This document shows positions 18,281 to 30,178 of a stretch of 64,000 nucleotides of DNA, one piece after another (positions within the stretch are counted from its first letter, which is position 1; the number at the start of each line of letters is the position of its first letter). A model generated the notes under the pieces. It searched no databases and was not told where the DNA came from. It saw only the letters and a program-made list of their open reading frames with translations. Position numbers and translations under genes: made by a program. This DNA is from an uncultured Bacteroidota bacterium (GTDB lineage Bacteria; Bacteroidota; Ignavibacteria; Ignavibacteriales; Ignavibacteriaceae). The stretch spans positions 736,763 through 800,762 of the forward strand of contig CAVZQU010000007.1 of NCBI GenBank assembly GCA_963777515.1. Direction: 5' to 3'.

Positions 18281-21200
18281 TTAAATTAACGAGACAAAGG
18301 GTGATATAAAATTGGTTCTCACTATTGAAGTAAAATCATTTTGCGACTTTTTAAATACCATGAAGTTTTTAATTCGTATATATATATACCCTGAAGCAAC
18401 CTTGTCGCCTTTGTCATTTCTTCCATTCCATGTAATTGTATGAAAGCCTTTTTGCATTTCGTTATGAATTAGATTTTTAATTCTTTTCCCAAGTATATTA
18501 TAAATTTCAAGATTTACATTACCGCTTTGTACGAGATTAAATTTTATTACCGATTCACCGTTAAAAGGATTTGGATAATTCTGATATAAAAAATTTTCTT
18601 TGGGAATATTAACATTATTTTCTTCTGCAACATCAGTATTAATATCATATAATTTTTGAATATCAGAATATGAAATTGCGTAATCATAAATTCTTATGTC
18701 ATCCAGAATACCTTTAAAATTATATTGAGTATTTCCCGGCAAAACTTGTCCTATCATTAAATCAATATTTGTTGTTAATAACTGTCCGCTGTATGTTGTA
18801 AAAGCATCAAACTCACCATTAATATAAATTTCAAAATCACTTCCGCTATATATTGCCGTAACATTATATAATGAATCTAACTTAAGTTCTGTTTCAGAAT
18901 CTAAATCTTTAGTGCCGGTTGTTGTTTTAATCGTCCATCTAATTTTTTTATTTGTGATGGAAATTTTCCATCTGATTTTCCCAATTGCCGTGTGAAATTG
19001 GATATTGTTCTCTATCATAAAACTCTCCAACTTTCATCCAAAAATTTACTGTAATTGAATTTTGAAAATTTAAAGATGAACTATTTGTTACCTGGATATT
19101 ATCATTAACGCCATCAAACGAATAAGCACTATTAGGAATCTTAAATCGATCCGCTGTTAGAGATGCTTGAAATACAGTCCCGTTATTTCCGTTTCCACTT
19201 TCATCATTTGCATTGCCGTTAAAAGGATAATACGCGACAAGATTACCCGATTGTACTATTGATAAATCTCTGACCGATACTTCGATACTGTCTTCAGTCA
19301 TCCTCCTTTACCATCATCAACTTTACATTTAATAAAATAATTTCCGGAAGTTGTAGGAGCTGTCCATGTAATTTGATTGCCTTCTCCATTTATTGTCCCA
19401 AATTCTGAAGACCATGTAAAACTAAGTGTATCGTTTTCAGGATCACTTGCATAACAAATAATATTGCTCTCTTTCCCTAAATCAATTTTTCTGGGAGAGG
19501 CTTTAATTTTATTAATGATAGGATTACTATTAAATGATTCAACCACTTTAATAGTTACTTGGGCAGAATCTTCTCCACCATTGCCGTCATCAATTTTACA
19601 TTTTATGATATATAAACCAGGATTACCTGGCGCTGTATATTTAATTTGCTGGCCGCTTCCTGTTATTAATCCTTGATCAGAAGTCCAATTAAAATTAATT
19701 GTATTATTATCTTGATCTACAGCAGTACAATAAATTGTTGTTGAAGAATCAATTAAAATTTCATTTGGCTTTGCTGCTAAACTTTTAATTCTCGGCGGAT
19801 AATTTGTAACTGTTAATCCTGAGTTATAATCAATAACAATATTGTTAACTAAAGTTTTATTTAATTCGTAAGTAGTTGTTCCGCTAGAAGGAGTAATAAC
19901 ACAAATCAAAGCTTGATCTGCAGGAATTTCAATTGACGTATTATTTGAAACGTTACTTTTAATAAATGTATTTGATACAGCATCATAAATATTGTAAGAA
20001 CCGGAACCAACATTGATAGCAAATAGTTTTAAAGAATCATAAGGATTATAAATTAAATAAGATGGGATAAGCATCTTTATGAAAATAATCAGTCTTTAAT
20101 AAATCAAGTTTTAAAATTCCTTCAACGTTTGTTGTATCAATTATGCCGCCTAAAATCCCAACATGCGATGAACCGTAAAGAGCTAAATTAGTTGCACCCC
20201 AGCCGCCGCTAATAGCATCTCCCGTTGCATAAGGAGAGACTGCATTTTGTGATTCGCGAAGAGCTTCGTGTGCAATATAAGAATTAGGATCATATTGATG
20301 AGCCCAGCCTTCACTATCTTGCTTATTATCCGGTAAATAATTTGTGTAAAATAATCTTGCTGCATTAGAGGCATTTAAAACCCATTTGCCAATTGCACGT
20401 GCAAATCTATCATCATAACGAACTAATGGAACTAAAGCACCAATTTGTTCAAAAGTATTCATTGTAAAAGCATAATCATTATCAATCGATTCGCCAATTA
20501 ATCCATCAACATCATACCCTCCCCAAGTTCCAACAATTGCTCCCCATTGCCTAAGTGGACCAATATTAAAACACCAATTAATTAATTTCTGTATGTCATA
20601 ATTAGTTCCAAGTTCAGCATTCATTCTTGCAGCGGCATAAACTCCATAAGATAATTGTAATTCATAAGATGGATTTGAAGTTAAACCATTTAAAAATTCC
20701 ATTGCCTGTTCAGCACCGATTCGATATTTTTCATTTCCTGTTTCAGTAAATGCATTATAAAGTATCCAAGCAATTGCACCTGCTGCTTCCGGTTCAAGAA
20801 CCCCCGTTGATAAGGGTTTCATGGTGAGTAAGTTAAATGCTCTGTAATTCATATATGGATCTTTCCATGGAGTAGTACTGCCTCCCATTGAATTAACTGC
20901 CTGCAGCCATCTATCCGCAATAGTAGAAAATTGATAATTAAAATCACCGGTATTTGGATAGAGATTATAAAGCTGATAGAAAAATACATTGGGCATGGTT
21001 TCATACCACCAATCATCTCCGGTTATTGCATCAGGATGATTTAAATAAACAAGTTCGCCATTATTTTTATTGAACCATTCTTCCGCCATCAAAGCATAGT
21101 TGTTACTATTTTGATTTGATTTGTCTATCCCAACTAAGCTTGCACCAATTATTGCCGGCAGACAATTAATTGCTTCTGCTGAATTTGGGTCAACAGTTCC

Positions 21201-21476
21201 AACCACAGTATGCAATCCAAAACTATTGTGTGTAGGATAATTTATTGTGTTATTGTTTATCCAAACTAATGGAAGATACTGACCGGTAAGATTAAAATTA
21301 AAAACAAGCGAATCATAACCAAGTGCAACTTTCTTCCAATCTCGCATTAAATATGGAGAAGGTTTATTCGGCATTTGTTCAATTCTACTAATATTAATTT
21401 GCTGCGAATAAGTAAAGTTGATTGAACAAACAAATACAAATATTAAAGGAAGAATATGAATAATAATTTTTTTCAA
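18281..21476 (-). pseudogene. large T9SS-sorted surface protein (unknown alpha-rich N-domain, 2 PKD/Ig-like repeats, LamG lectin domain, T9SS CTD), at least 4 frameshifts
   Basis: ORFs 20046..21539, 19298..20074, 18948..19301 and 18281..19030. Probable TTG start at 21476 (LKKIIIHILPLIFVFVCSINF). Two roughly 95-aa Ig repeats (IYCTAVDQDNN..YTAPGNPGLYIIKCKIDDGNGG / IICYASDPENDT..WTAPTTSGNYFIKCKVDDGKGG). LamG motif LVAYYPFNGNANDESGNGNNG. CTD motif QNYPNPFNGESVIKF. A frame change in an A5 run restores a canonical CTD end KSRKMILLQ-stop at 18322. Confidence 0.7.
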
Positions 21477-21480
21477 TCTA

Positions 21481-22449
21481 TCACCAAGCGTAATATTGCG
21501 GCGCAATACCTGCCGGAGGAAATATTTCATCCAACTCATTCAGCATTTTATCATCTAAATTAATCTCAACAGCACGAAATGAATTATTTAATTGCTCTAA
21601 TGTTCTTGGCCCAATGATGGGAGCTGTTACTGCAGTCTGATGCAGCAGCCAGGCTAATGCCGTATCGGCAGGCCTTTCACCAATTTTATTGCAAAACTTT
21701 TCCCATTTTTCAATCTGAGCATAATTAGCTTTTAATTTGTTTTTTATTTCGTCAGTATTTCTTCGATTTTTTTTAGATGATTTTATAACTCCACCAAGTA
21801 ACCCAGCTTCCAGAGGACTCCATGGAATAATTCCGACTCCATAATATTGGCATGCCGGCACAACTTCTCTTTCGATAAAACGATTAAATAAATTATACTT
21901 GCTTTGTTCACTGACAAGTCCCAATAAGTTTTTCTTTGAAGCGGTCTCACAGGCTGTGGCAATATCCCAACCGGCAAAATTACTGCTTCCGACATAAATA
22001 ACTTTTCCCGCTGTAATAAGTTGTTCCATCGCCTGCCAGATTTCATCCCAGGGAGTATTTCTTTCAACATGATGCATTTGATATAAATCGATATGATCAG
22101 TCTTGAGTCGAGTTAAGCTATCCTCACAAGCTTTTTTAATGTGATAAGCAGAAAGTCTTCTGTCATTTATTCCGTCACCCATTTCGCCATAAACTTTTGT
22201 AGCAAGCACAATCTTATCACGATTGCCTTTGTTTTTCGAAAGCCATTTGCCGATTATATTTTCTGTTACGCCTTTTCCTTTTTTCCTTCCGTAAACATTT
22301 GCAGTATCGAAAAAATTAATTCCTTCTTCTAAAGCTTTACTCATTATTTTATTGGCTTCGGCTTCCGGCGTAATTGGACCAAAATTCATTGTCCCTAAAC
22401 AAAGGCGGCTAACTTGTAATCCGGTTTTTCCTAAATAAGTGTACTCCAT
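21481..22449 (-). CDS. aldo/keto reductase
   Basis: N-terminus MEYTYLGKTGLQVSRLCLGTMNFG, then FFDTANVYG and DHIDLYQMH. 322 aa. Confidence 0.9.
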   Translation of the reverse strand: MEYTYLGKTGLQVSRLCLGTMNFGPITPEAEANKIMSKALEEGINFFDTANVYGRKKGKGVTENIIGKWLSKNKGNRDKIVLATKVYGEMGDGINDRRLSAYHIKKACEDSLTRLKTDHIDLYQMHHVERNTPWDEIWQAMEQLITAGKVIYVGSSNFAGWDIATACETASKKNLLGLVSEQSKYNLFNRFIEREVVPACQYYGVGIIPWSPLEAGLLGGVIKSSKKNRRNTDEIKNKLKANYAQIEKWEKFCNKIGERPADTALAWLLHQTAVTAPIIGPRTLEQLNNSFRAVEINLDDKMLNELDEIFPPAGIAPQYYAW

Positions 22450-22475
22450 TAATCTCCCTTTAATTTAATTTCTGA

Positions 22476-24910
22476 TTAATCAATTAGATAATTATTTAAT
22501 GTAGATATTTTAATATCGTTTATATTGATTGACTGATTACTGCCAATAATTTGTAAAATTTTTTCTTCATCCCGGCAAAAGAATAAATCCTCTGTCAGAA
22601 AATTCTAAATCCGGATGAAAAAGATCTACAAAATATGCAGGTTTATTTGTTGAAAGCTTAAGTGTATTTGTTTCCCGTTCAATTTTAATCTCAGCCGAAT
22701 TCAGAGTTTTAAACTTCCATTTTTCATCAGTATAATAATTCCTAAAACCAATTGATTGTCTTCATCATATAAAGAAAGAATAAAAATCCAATTTTTATTT
22801 TCCGGTCAAAGATTGAATTGGAATTTTCTTGAAGACTTTTTTTGTATCTCCTGTAATCAAATCTTTAATCGAAAATTCATTTATTAATGAACCTGAATTT
22901 TCATAAATATTGACTTTCAATTTGAATTTAAAATCTTCAGAACTGTTATTTACAATTTGAATCTTCAAATCTTCATTATCTTTAATTATACTCGCTATCT
23001 GCTGATTAAAAATATTTTTAACAAAGTGATAGGCAATCTTCGGGTTTAGTTCAGAATCAATAATTGCCCAACTTGTTACCGGCCAGCAATCATTTATTTG
23101 CCAGATGATACTCCCATTTGTAACAGGCCAATTTTGCCGCCAATGTTCAAGACATGTTTTTAATGCAAAGCCTTGATTGAGCTGAGCTAAATAAATAAAA
23201 TCGTCCCATTCTGTCTTTAATGGTAAATGAGATGATAAAAATTTAATAACTCTTTCAGGGCCTTCAATTTGTTTATTGTGAAATTCAAAAACCGGGTTAT
23301 TAATATTTCTATTTTCTTCAGATAAATATTTCTCAAAAGTTTTTTTGTTTGCCGGCCCTTGAAATCCAAACTCAGTTACAAATAAACTTTGATCATCTTT
23401 TACTGTTTCATAATCCTTCCACATACTCCAAATTCCCCATTCATGCCGATTACCGCTTGTATGTGAGTTTGGATCCTTGTCAAAACTAAATGGTGATGAT
23501 GGCCAGTAAGGTCGAGTCGGATCAATTTCTTTAATTACATTAGGTATAAGCTCATGATAAATTTTATAACCGGGCATATGTTTATATGATGTCTTTTGCT
23601 GTTGAGTCCAAATCCATTCGTTTTCATTGTTACCGCACCAAACGGCAATACAAGGATGATACTGAAGCCTTTCTACATTTTGAGTAATTTCATTTTTAAC
23701 ATTTTTCAAAAACGCTTTTTGTTCAGGATATGCTGCGCATGCAAACATAAAATCCTGCCAAACTAGTAGTCCTAATTCATCACACAATTCATAGAAAATA
23801 TCATTCTCATAAAAACCGCCTCCCCAAACTCTAACTATATTCATGTGGGCATCTTTAGCATACTTTAAAAGTGTCTCATACTTTTCTTTTGTCACTCGAG
23901 GAAGAAACGAATCTGCTGGAATCCAATTTACTCCTTTTGCAAATATTGGTTTATTATTAATGATAAATCTAAAAGTAGTTATCATTATTATTTTTAAGCT
24001 GCAATGAAATTGTTCTTATTCCCACCTTCTTATTTTTTTCATCGAGCTTAATTCCGGATTCATCAAGTAATGAAATATTTAAATCATATAAATTTTGTTC
24101 TCCCTCATTGTTTGGCCACCAGAGTTTGGGATTTTCAATTTTTAATTTTAATGTAACATCTTTATTTGAATCTAAAACTTTTTCACCTTCAAACTTCTGA
24201 TTATTATTAGAGAGACTTACGCTAATTTTATATTTTCTCTTTGGCTTCCGATTAAAATTTATCTTTACTTCAACAATAGCTTTTTTAGCTGTGATTTTTT
24301 TCGTTGTGAAAGTAAAACTCTTAATAGAAACTTTGCTTTTTTGCAGCAAATAAACCGGACGCCAAATCCCCATGGTTGGAAATGAAGGCCCCCAATCCCA
24401 GCCGAATGAATATTGAGCTTTTCTTATATAAACTCTGCTTGAATCTAAAGCAACCGAAAGCTTGCCATATTTTTTCTCTAAAGATTTAGCATATTTTATA
24501 GGTGAAGAAAATCTAACTTCTAATTCATTGTTTTTATCTTTAATAAGAGATGAAATTTCAAATTCATATTTAACAAACATGTTATCTGATTTACCGAGCA
24601 GCTTCTTATTGAAATATATTTCTGAAACTGTATCCAATCCTTCAAAAACTAAATAACTTGATAAGTGCTTATCAAAATCTTTTGGTGGATCAAAAGTAGT
24701 TTTATAATTCCAATCGTTTTCGCAAATCCAGAATAATTTTAATTCATTGTCATCATAAAATGGTTCATCAATTAATTTATTTTTTAGTAAATCAGTGTGT
24801 ACAGTTCCTGGAATTGCGGCATTCCGCCATTTTTTAAAGTTATTTTTGTTTGATAACTTTGAATTAATTTTAAATTGCCAATTATCTTTTAAATCAAATC
24901 TATTAGTCAT
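22476..24910 (-). pseudogene. GH2 beta-mannosidase, at least 4 frameshifts
   Basis: ORFs 23969..24958 (start probably MTNRFDLKDNWQF at 24910) and 22795..23985, plus C-terminal remnants down to the stop at 22476-22478. Motifs WGGGFYENDIFYELCDELGLLVWQDFMFACA, CGNNENEW (acid/base region) and FVTEFGFQG (nucleophile region). One break is at run A4 23971-23974. Confidence 0.8.
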
Positions 24911-24917
24911 TTTAATT

Positions 24918-26221
24918 TTAATTGTTTTCTTTTTTCGATTGATACATTTCAACTTCATTCATTGCTCTTGGATTTTTACTTATCTCCAGCAATGATAACA
25001 ATGCTTCAATAGTTGATTCAGCACCTGAATTTTTATTTATTTCTTCTTTACTGTTTATTCCATCATAACAGATCCCCGTTTTAGGAAAATACATTTGTTG
25101 GTCCACTATATTTTTTCCAAAGAACCAACCCACCTGCCACTCCAGCCATTACAGAATATTTATCACTATTTGTAACTTTATATGCTTCTAAACAGGAAAA
25201 GACAATCGGTCGAATTAAATATGCAATTTGAGAAAATTGTTTTGTTTCTCTTGGAAGAATTTTGCCGTCTATTTTATCGAAAATAATTTCAGAATAATAA
25301 CTTTGATCTATTAAATAAGTATAAAAATTATCAATTTCTTTTAACGCAGCAGTTTTTGCAGGTTCATATTTACTAACTTCATAAAATTTCAATAATGAAT
25401 ATGACTGAAGATTTCCCCAGCCATGCCAAACATTTTCCCAGCTTAGTATTGCACCAAAAGGATAAATATGTTTATCGCCTTCCTGCATTAGAATAATACC
25501 GTCAGCCAAATTTTTGCAATAATCATAAATCTCTTTCTTTCCGGTATTTTGATAATATGTAGTTAGTCCTAAAAGAAGTATTGCTGCTTGATCAGATGCA
25601 CTTTCAATTGGAAGCCAAGTTGGCCGTTTAAATCCATTAATCTCTTTTGTAATTAATTTTTGTGGAATATCTTTTTCAATTTTATTAACAGTCAGTTTCA
25701 ACTTTTTTTAATATTTCTTTTGCAAATGCACTATCCTTCTGTTTAAATATTTCATAACCTTCCATTAAAGCCCATACAGCACGCCAACTCCACCAATTTG
25801 GTTCTGCAACACTTGTTTTAAATGTTTTATTAATTGAATGATCCGGCCAAATGAAATTGTAAAAATATCCATTCTCGGCCTGCATGAACAATAAAAACTG
25901 AAGAAGGCTTTTAGCTTTTCTTAAACTTTCATTATCATTTTTAAATTGATAATACTTTAAATAAAAAACTGCTGCTCTTGCAGCATCATCAACACAAGCA
26001 ATTCCTTCATCATCATCTCCAATCCATTTGTAATCAGGAAAGTCACTGTAAATATGAATTATTCCCATTGACTTGTTTCCAATAGTAATATCTTCATAAA
26101 GAGAATCTAGATGTGAAGAATTAATTAGAGCTAATTGCTTTTCATTCGTCTGAGCACAACTCAAATTTGAGATAGTGAGAAGGATTAAAAATATGCTTAT
26201 GGGAAATATTTTTTTTATCAT
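24918..26221 (-). pseudogene. secreted six-hairpin (alpha/alpha)6-like protein, two frameshifts
   Basis: ORFs 25685..26266 (likely start MIKKIFPISIFLILLTISNLSCAQ at 26221), 25081..25701 and 24918..25133. Motifs ACVDDAARAAVFYL, WSWRAVWAL and NSGAESTIEALLSLLEI parallel the cytoplasmic paralog at 15897-16986. Confidence 0.55.
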
Positions 26222-26237
26222 TAAATTAATCTTAATA

Positions 26238-27141
26238 TTATTTGCAAAGTGATAAAAGATATTCAACCGATGTAGTGGCTAAACTGATATTTGTATCTGC
26301 ACCGGAATAATAAATTTTTACTTCGCCATTATCTTCAATGATCCAGCCATTTGAAAAAACTACGTTTCCAACATCACCAATTCTTTCATAATCCTAATTC
26401 AGGTGAAAGGATTGGTTCTTTACTTCTGCCTTTAATAATCCATGGTTTTTCCAAATCGAGCAGCATAACACCAAGTTTATACAAAGAGCTAATACCAAAG
26501 CCTCGTACGCCATGATAAAGCATTAACCAGCCCTCTTTAGTTTTAATAGGCGGAGTTGAGTTGCCGATCTTATCATTTTCCCAGGTACCATGAATAGGTT
26601 CTGCAAACATTTCATGCTCTCCCCAATGAATTAAATCTTTACTCTTACTTATCCAAATATCATGTCTTTGATCAGCAGATGGGCGATCAACTTTCCAGTA
26701 ATATCCGTTTATCTTTTCAGGGAATAAAGAGCAATCTTTATTTGAAGGTAGCGAGATTAGGCCCAAAGGATTAAAGTTTTTAAAATCTTTTGTCTCGGTT
26801 AAAACAACTACCGGCATAAACTTAGAGTAACCTGTATAAGTCAAATAATATTTATCATCAATATGAACAACCCGTGAGTCTTCAATTCCCCATTCAACAT
26901 ATTTGAATATATTTTTATGATCTTCAGGAATTAAACATGGTTTTGGATCAACTTTAAATTTTATTCCATCCTCACTCCACGCTAATACAAAAGATGAACG
27001 CCCATTCGGCATTTCAACCCTGCAGACAAGCAAATATTTATTTTCAAATTTTGTCGCACCGGCATTAAAAATACTATTGACCTTAAAAGGTACATCTTCT
27101 TTTGTAATGATCGGATTTTTTCCATGTCTAATTATTTTCAT
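26238..27141 (-). pseudogene. GH130 beta-mannoside phosphorylase/hydrolase, one frameshift near 26390
   Basis: ORF 26386..27141 (NPIITKEDVPF, FNAGATKF, WGIEDSRVVHIDDKYYLTYTGYS). After a frame change the C-terminus continues as DYERIGDVGNVVFSNGWIIEDNGEVKIYYSGADT... to the stop at 26238-26240. Confidence 0.8.
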
Positions 27142-27189
27142 TTTACTCCCAATAAATTTTATTCAGTAACAACATTAAATTTAATTATC

Positions 27190-28008
27190 TTATTCCTTCA
27201 TCCCTGTAGATGCCATGCTTTGAATGAAATACTTTTGAAAAAACAAATATGCGATTACAATAGGCAGAGCTAATAATGTAGCTGAAGCAAGCTTAACACC
27301 AAGCTGGGATTCGGCTCTTCCGCCAACCACAAACAAAGTTACGAGTTGAGGCATAGTCATTAAGTGATCATCACGGATTACAATTAATGGCCACAATACT
27401 TCATTCCATGATGACATAAAAGTTATTATTCCAACCGTAATTATTGCAGGTAAAGAATTCGGCCAAAGTATGCGGAATAAAATTCTTAGTTCACCGCATC
27501 CATCAATTTTTGCGGCATCGATTAAGTCCTGCGGAATACTTTTAAAATACTGCCTGAACATTATTATGCTTAAAGCATTCATTAAGTATGGAATTATCAG
27601 CGCGTAATATGTATCAACCCATCCAAACTTCACCATAATTATATACTGTGGAATTAGAGTAATTTGGAAAGGAAGCGTCATCGTAAAAATTATAATATAA
27701 AAAATTAAATTTCTTCCTTTAAATTCCATCCTTGATAAAGCATAGCCGACCATTGAACCAAAAACTAAAACTCCTAAAGTTACCATCGACGCAACAAAAA
27801 TGCTGTTGACAAAGGATCTGCCAATTGGAACTTTGCTTAATAACTGTGTATAACTATTTAGTGAAACTGAAGACGGTAATAAATTCAAATTTGCAATTTC
27901 ATTTTCCGGTGCCAATGAAGCCATGATCATCCAATAAAAAGGATAAAGAAATGTTAGTCCTCCAATTAAAAGAATGATATAAGTAAATAACTTCTTAGCT
28001 AATTTCAT
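27190..28008 (-). CDS. carbohydrate ABC transporter permease (MalG-like)
   Basis: 6 TM helices. EAA loop DLIDAAKIDGCGELRILFRILWPNSLPA. Confidence 0.85.
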   Translation of the reverse strand: MKLAKKLFTYIILLIGGLTFLYPFYWMIMASLAPENEIANLNLLPSSVSLNSYTQLLSKVPIGRSFVNSIFVASMVTLGVLVFGSMVGYALSRMEFKGRNLIFYIIIFTMTLPFQITLIPQYIIMVKFGWVDTYYALIIPYLMNALSIIMFRQYFKSIPQDLIDAAKIDGCGELRILFRILWPNSLPAIITVGIITFMSSWNEVLWPLIVIRDDHLMTMPQLVTLFVVGGRAESQLGVKLASATLLALPIVIAYLFFQKYFIQSMASTGMKE

Positions 28009-28863
28009 TTTTCTTTTTCAATAAATTTCTTTTGAATCATTACCACACCTAAAATCAATGCTGCAAAAAATAATCCTAATGTAGCGGCATAACCCATGTG
28101 GTAGTAGAAAAATCCTTGCTTATAAATATACAGCACTGCTGAAAGTGTACTATTTAAAGGACCGCCGCCAGTCATTACATAAGGTTCAATAAAAAGTGAA
28201 AAACCACCGATAGTGGAAAGAATTACAACCATAAAAATTGTCGGGTTGATCATCGGGATTGTAATCTTAAAAAACTTTTGCCAATGAGTTGCACCTTCTA
28301 AATCTGCAGCTTCATAATAATGAACAGGTACTGTTTGAAGTCCAACTAAAAATAAAATAATATATAAACCAACATTTTTCCAGGTCGCCATAATTGCAAT
28401 AGAAGGCATTGCCACATTGGGGTCAACTAACCATCCGACTTTACTAAGCCCAACACTTGTCAGTATGCGATTAAATAATCCAGTATCAAATCCATAAAGC
28501 TGCTGCCACAAAATGGTGACTACAACTCCGGAAACAATAACCGGAAGAAAAAATGCTGCTCTAAAAAATCCCCGAAATTTTATTTTCTGATTTAATACTT
28601 CAGCAATAAAAAGTGCAATTATAATTTGGAGATGGAATGTGAATAAGTAAAAAGATAATTGTGTTCCAAAGCGATCTAAAAAAAAATTGATCGTTTACCA
28701 ATCTTTTAAAATTGCCTAAACCAATATATTCCATTGGAGAAATAATATTCCATTTGTGAAATGTTAAAACAATTGAGAAAATAACCGGGAAAGCTATGAA
28801 TACAAAAAAATGTACTATGTACGGCATTACAAATAAATATGGTACTAATTTTTTGTTTTTCAT
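28005..28863 (-). pseudogene. carbohydrate ABC transporter permease (MalF-like), one frameshift near 28625
   Basis: ORFs 28600..28863 and 28005..28511. The third frame reads through the gap as FHLQIIIALFIAEVLNQKIKFRGFFRAAFFLPVIVSGVVVTILWQQ. EAA loop YYEAADLEGATHWQKFFKITIP. Confidence 0.8.
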
Positions 28864-28869
28864 TTTGAG

Positions 28870-30178
28870 TTATTTAATGTAAAGCAAGTTAACAGCTTTC
28901 TCAGCATCGCTTAATGCTTCTTCAGGAGTTTTTTTACCATAAACAACACAAGCTTCATACTCCTGGGAAATAAGATCAAAAACTTCCTTTAGGTAAAGAA
29001 CTTCATCGGTACCTCTAACAAACTTTGATTGTTTTGCAAAAGGAATCATCTTCGGATTATCCTTAAAATATTCTTCAAAGTATGGATCGGTATCAAGATT
29101 TTTTCTTCTCGGCAATTGATTAGATATCTTTAAAAATTCCAAGTCACTCTTTTTTAGTAATCATCGTTTTGATGAATTGCCAGGCTAATTCAGGATCGGG
29201 ACAAGTTTTAAAGATTACTATATTCTTAGGATCACCATAAGTATATATTGGCCCTTTATGATTATCCGGAACTGGTAAATGAGTAAAATTATATTCAAAT
29301 CCTTTGGGTTTAAATTTTTCAGTATGAGCAATATCCCATGGCCCGGTAAACCGTGAAGCAATTATACCGGAAAGAAATACATCCTGTCTTTGATCGAGGC
29401 GTTCTCGTGAAAAATATTTTTTATCATAAAGAGTTTTTAAAAACCTAAATACTTCAAGTCCATATTTATTATTAAAATCAGCTTTATTATTTTTTATTAA
29501 TGGTGCTCCACCCGAAGCTCCTAAGTAAAGGGGATAAAAATCAAATAATCTTTGCCACCAAGTTGGGATAACCTCTCTGTAGCTGAACCAATGATCATAA
29601 TATCCATCTCCGTCTTCATCTTTAGTAAATTTTTTACAGGCATCAAAAAACTGACTGTAATCTGTTGGCGGATTTTCAAATCCAATTTCATCCACTATTT
29701 TTACATTATACAATAACATAATTGGATTTATTTTCCATGGGATTTGATATATATGTCCATCCTGCGAAGTTATTTCTTTTACAACTTCAGAATCGCATCT
29801 ATCATATATAAAATCAGTAAATCCTTTTAAAGTATCCAATGCAACAAGAACTCCAGCTTTTGCATAAGATTCTACGTCCCCTTGCCACATGTTTGAATAA
29901 ATATCAGGAGTAGTTTTTCCAACAACTGCTGCAAGAATTATCTCTTCACTGGATTGCCCTTCCGGTACAGGCTGAAATGATACTTTTTTCTCAGGATTAT
30001 TTTTATTCCAATCATCTACCATTTCTTTAGCAAACGCAATTTCTTCAGTATTATTGGATGACCAGTAAAGAATAGAATTAGTATTTCTTGACTCTTCGCT
30101 ATTGCACGAAATGCTACTAAATGAGACAAATAAAAATAAAATTGTTAAAGCAAAATATTTCATTGCCAGTTTCGCCAA
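28870..30178 (-). pseudogene. sugar ABC transporter extracellular solute-binding lipoprotein, one frameshift
   Basis: ORFs 29144..30178 (lipobox LFVSFSSISC) and 28870..29142. The break is at run T6 29150-29155; removing one base gives ...MITKKSDLEFLKISNQLP. Confidence 0.8.

Noticed and set aside
22720-22740. Fifth copy of the TTATACTGA box (minus strand AATTATTATACTGATGAAAAA)
   Set aside because: It shares only the TTATACTGA core and lacks both the GTA upstream triplet and the T-run. It lies inside the beta-mannosidase coding remnant and is most likely chance.
633-30178. Programmed ribosomal frameshifting or an alternative genetic code as the explanation for the split genes
   Set aside because: The break sites share no common slippery heptamer or downstream structure. 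They occur in both directions (+1 and -1), also hit housekeeping genes, and mostly sit at simple A/T runs. The stop codons at the breaks are a mix of TGA, TAA and TAG, so reassignment of a single codon cannot explain them.
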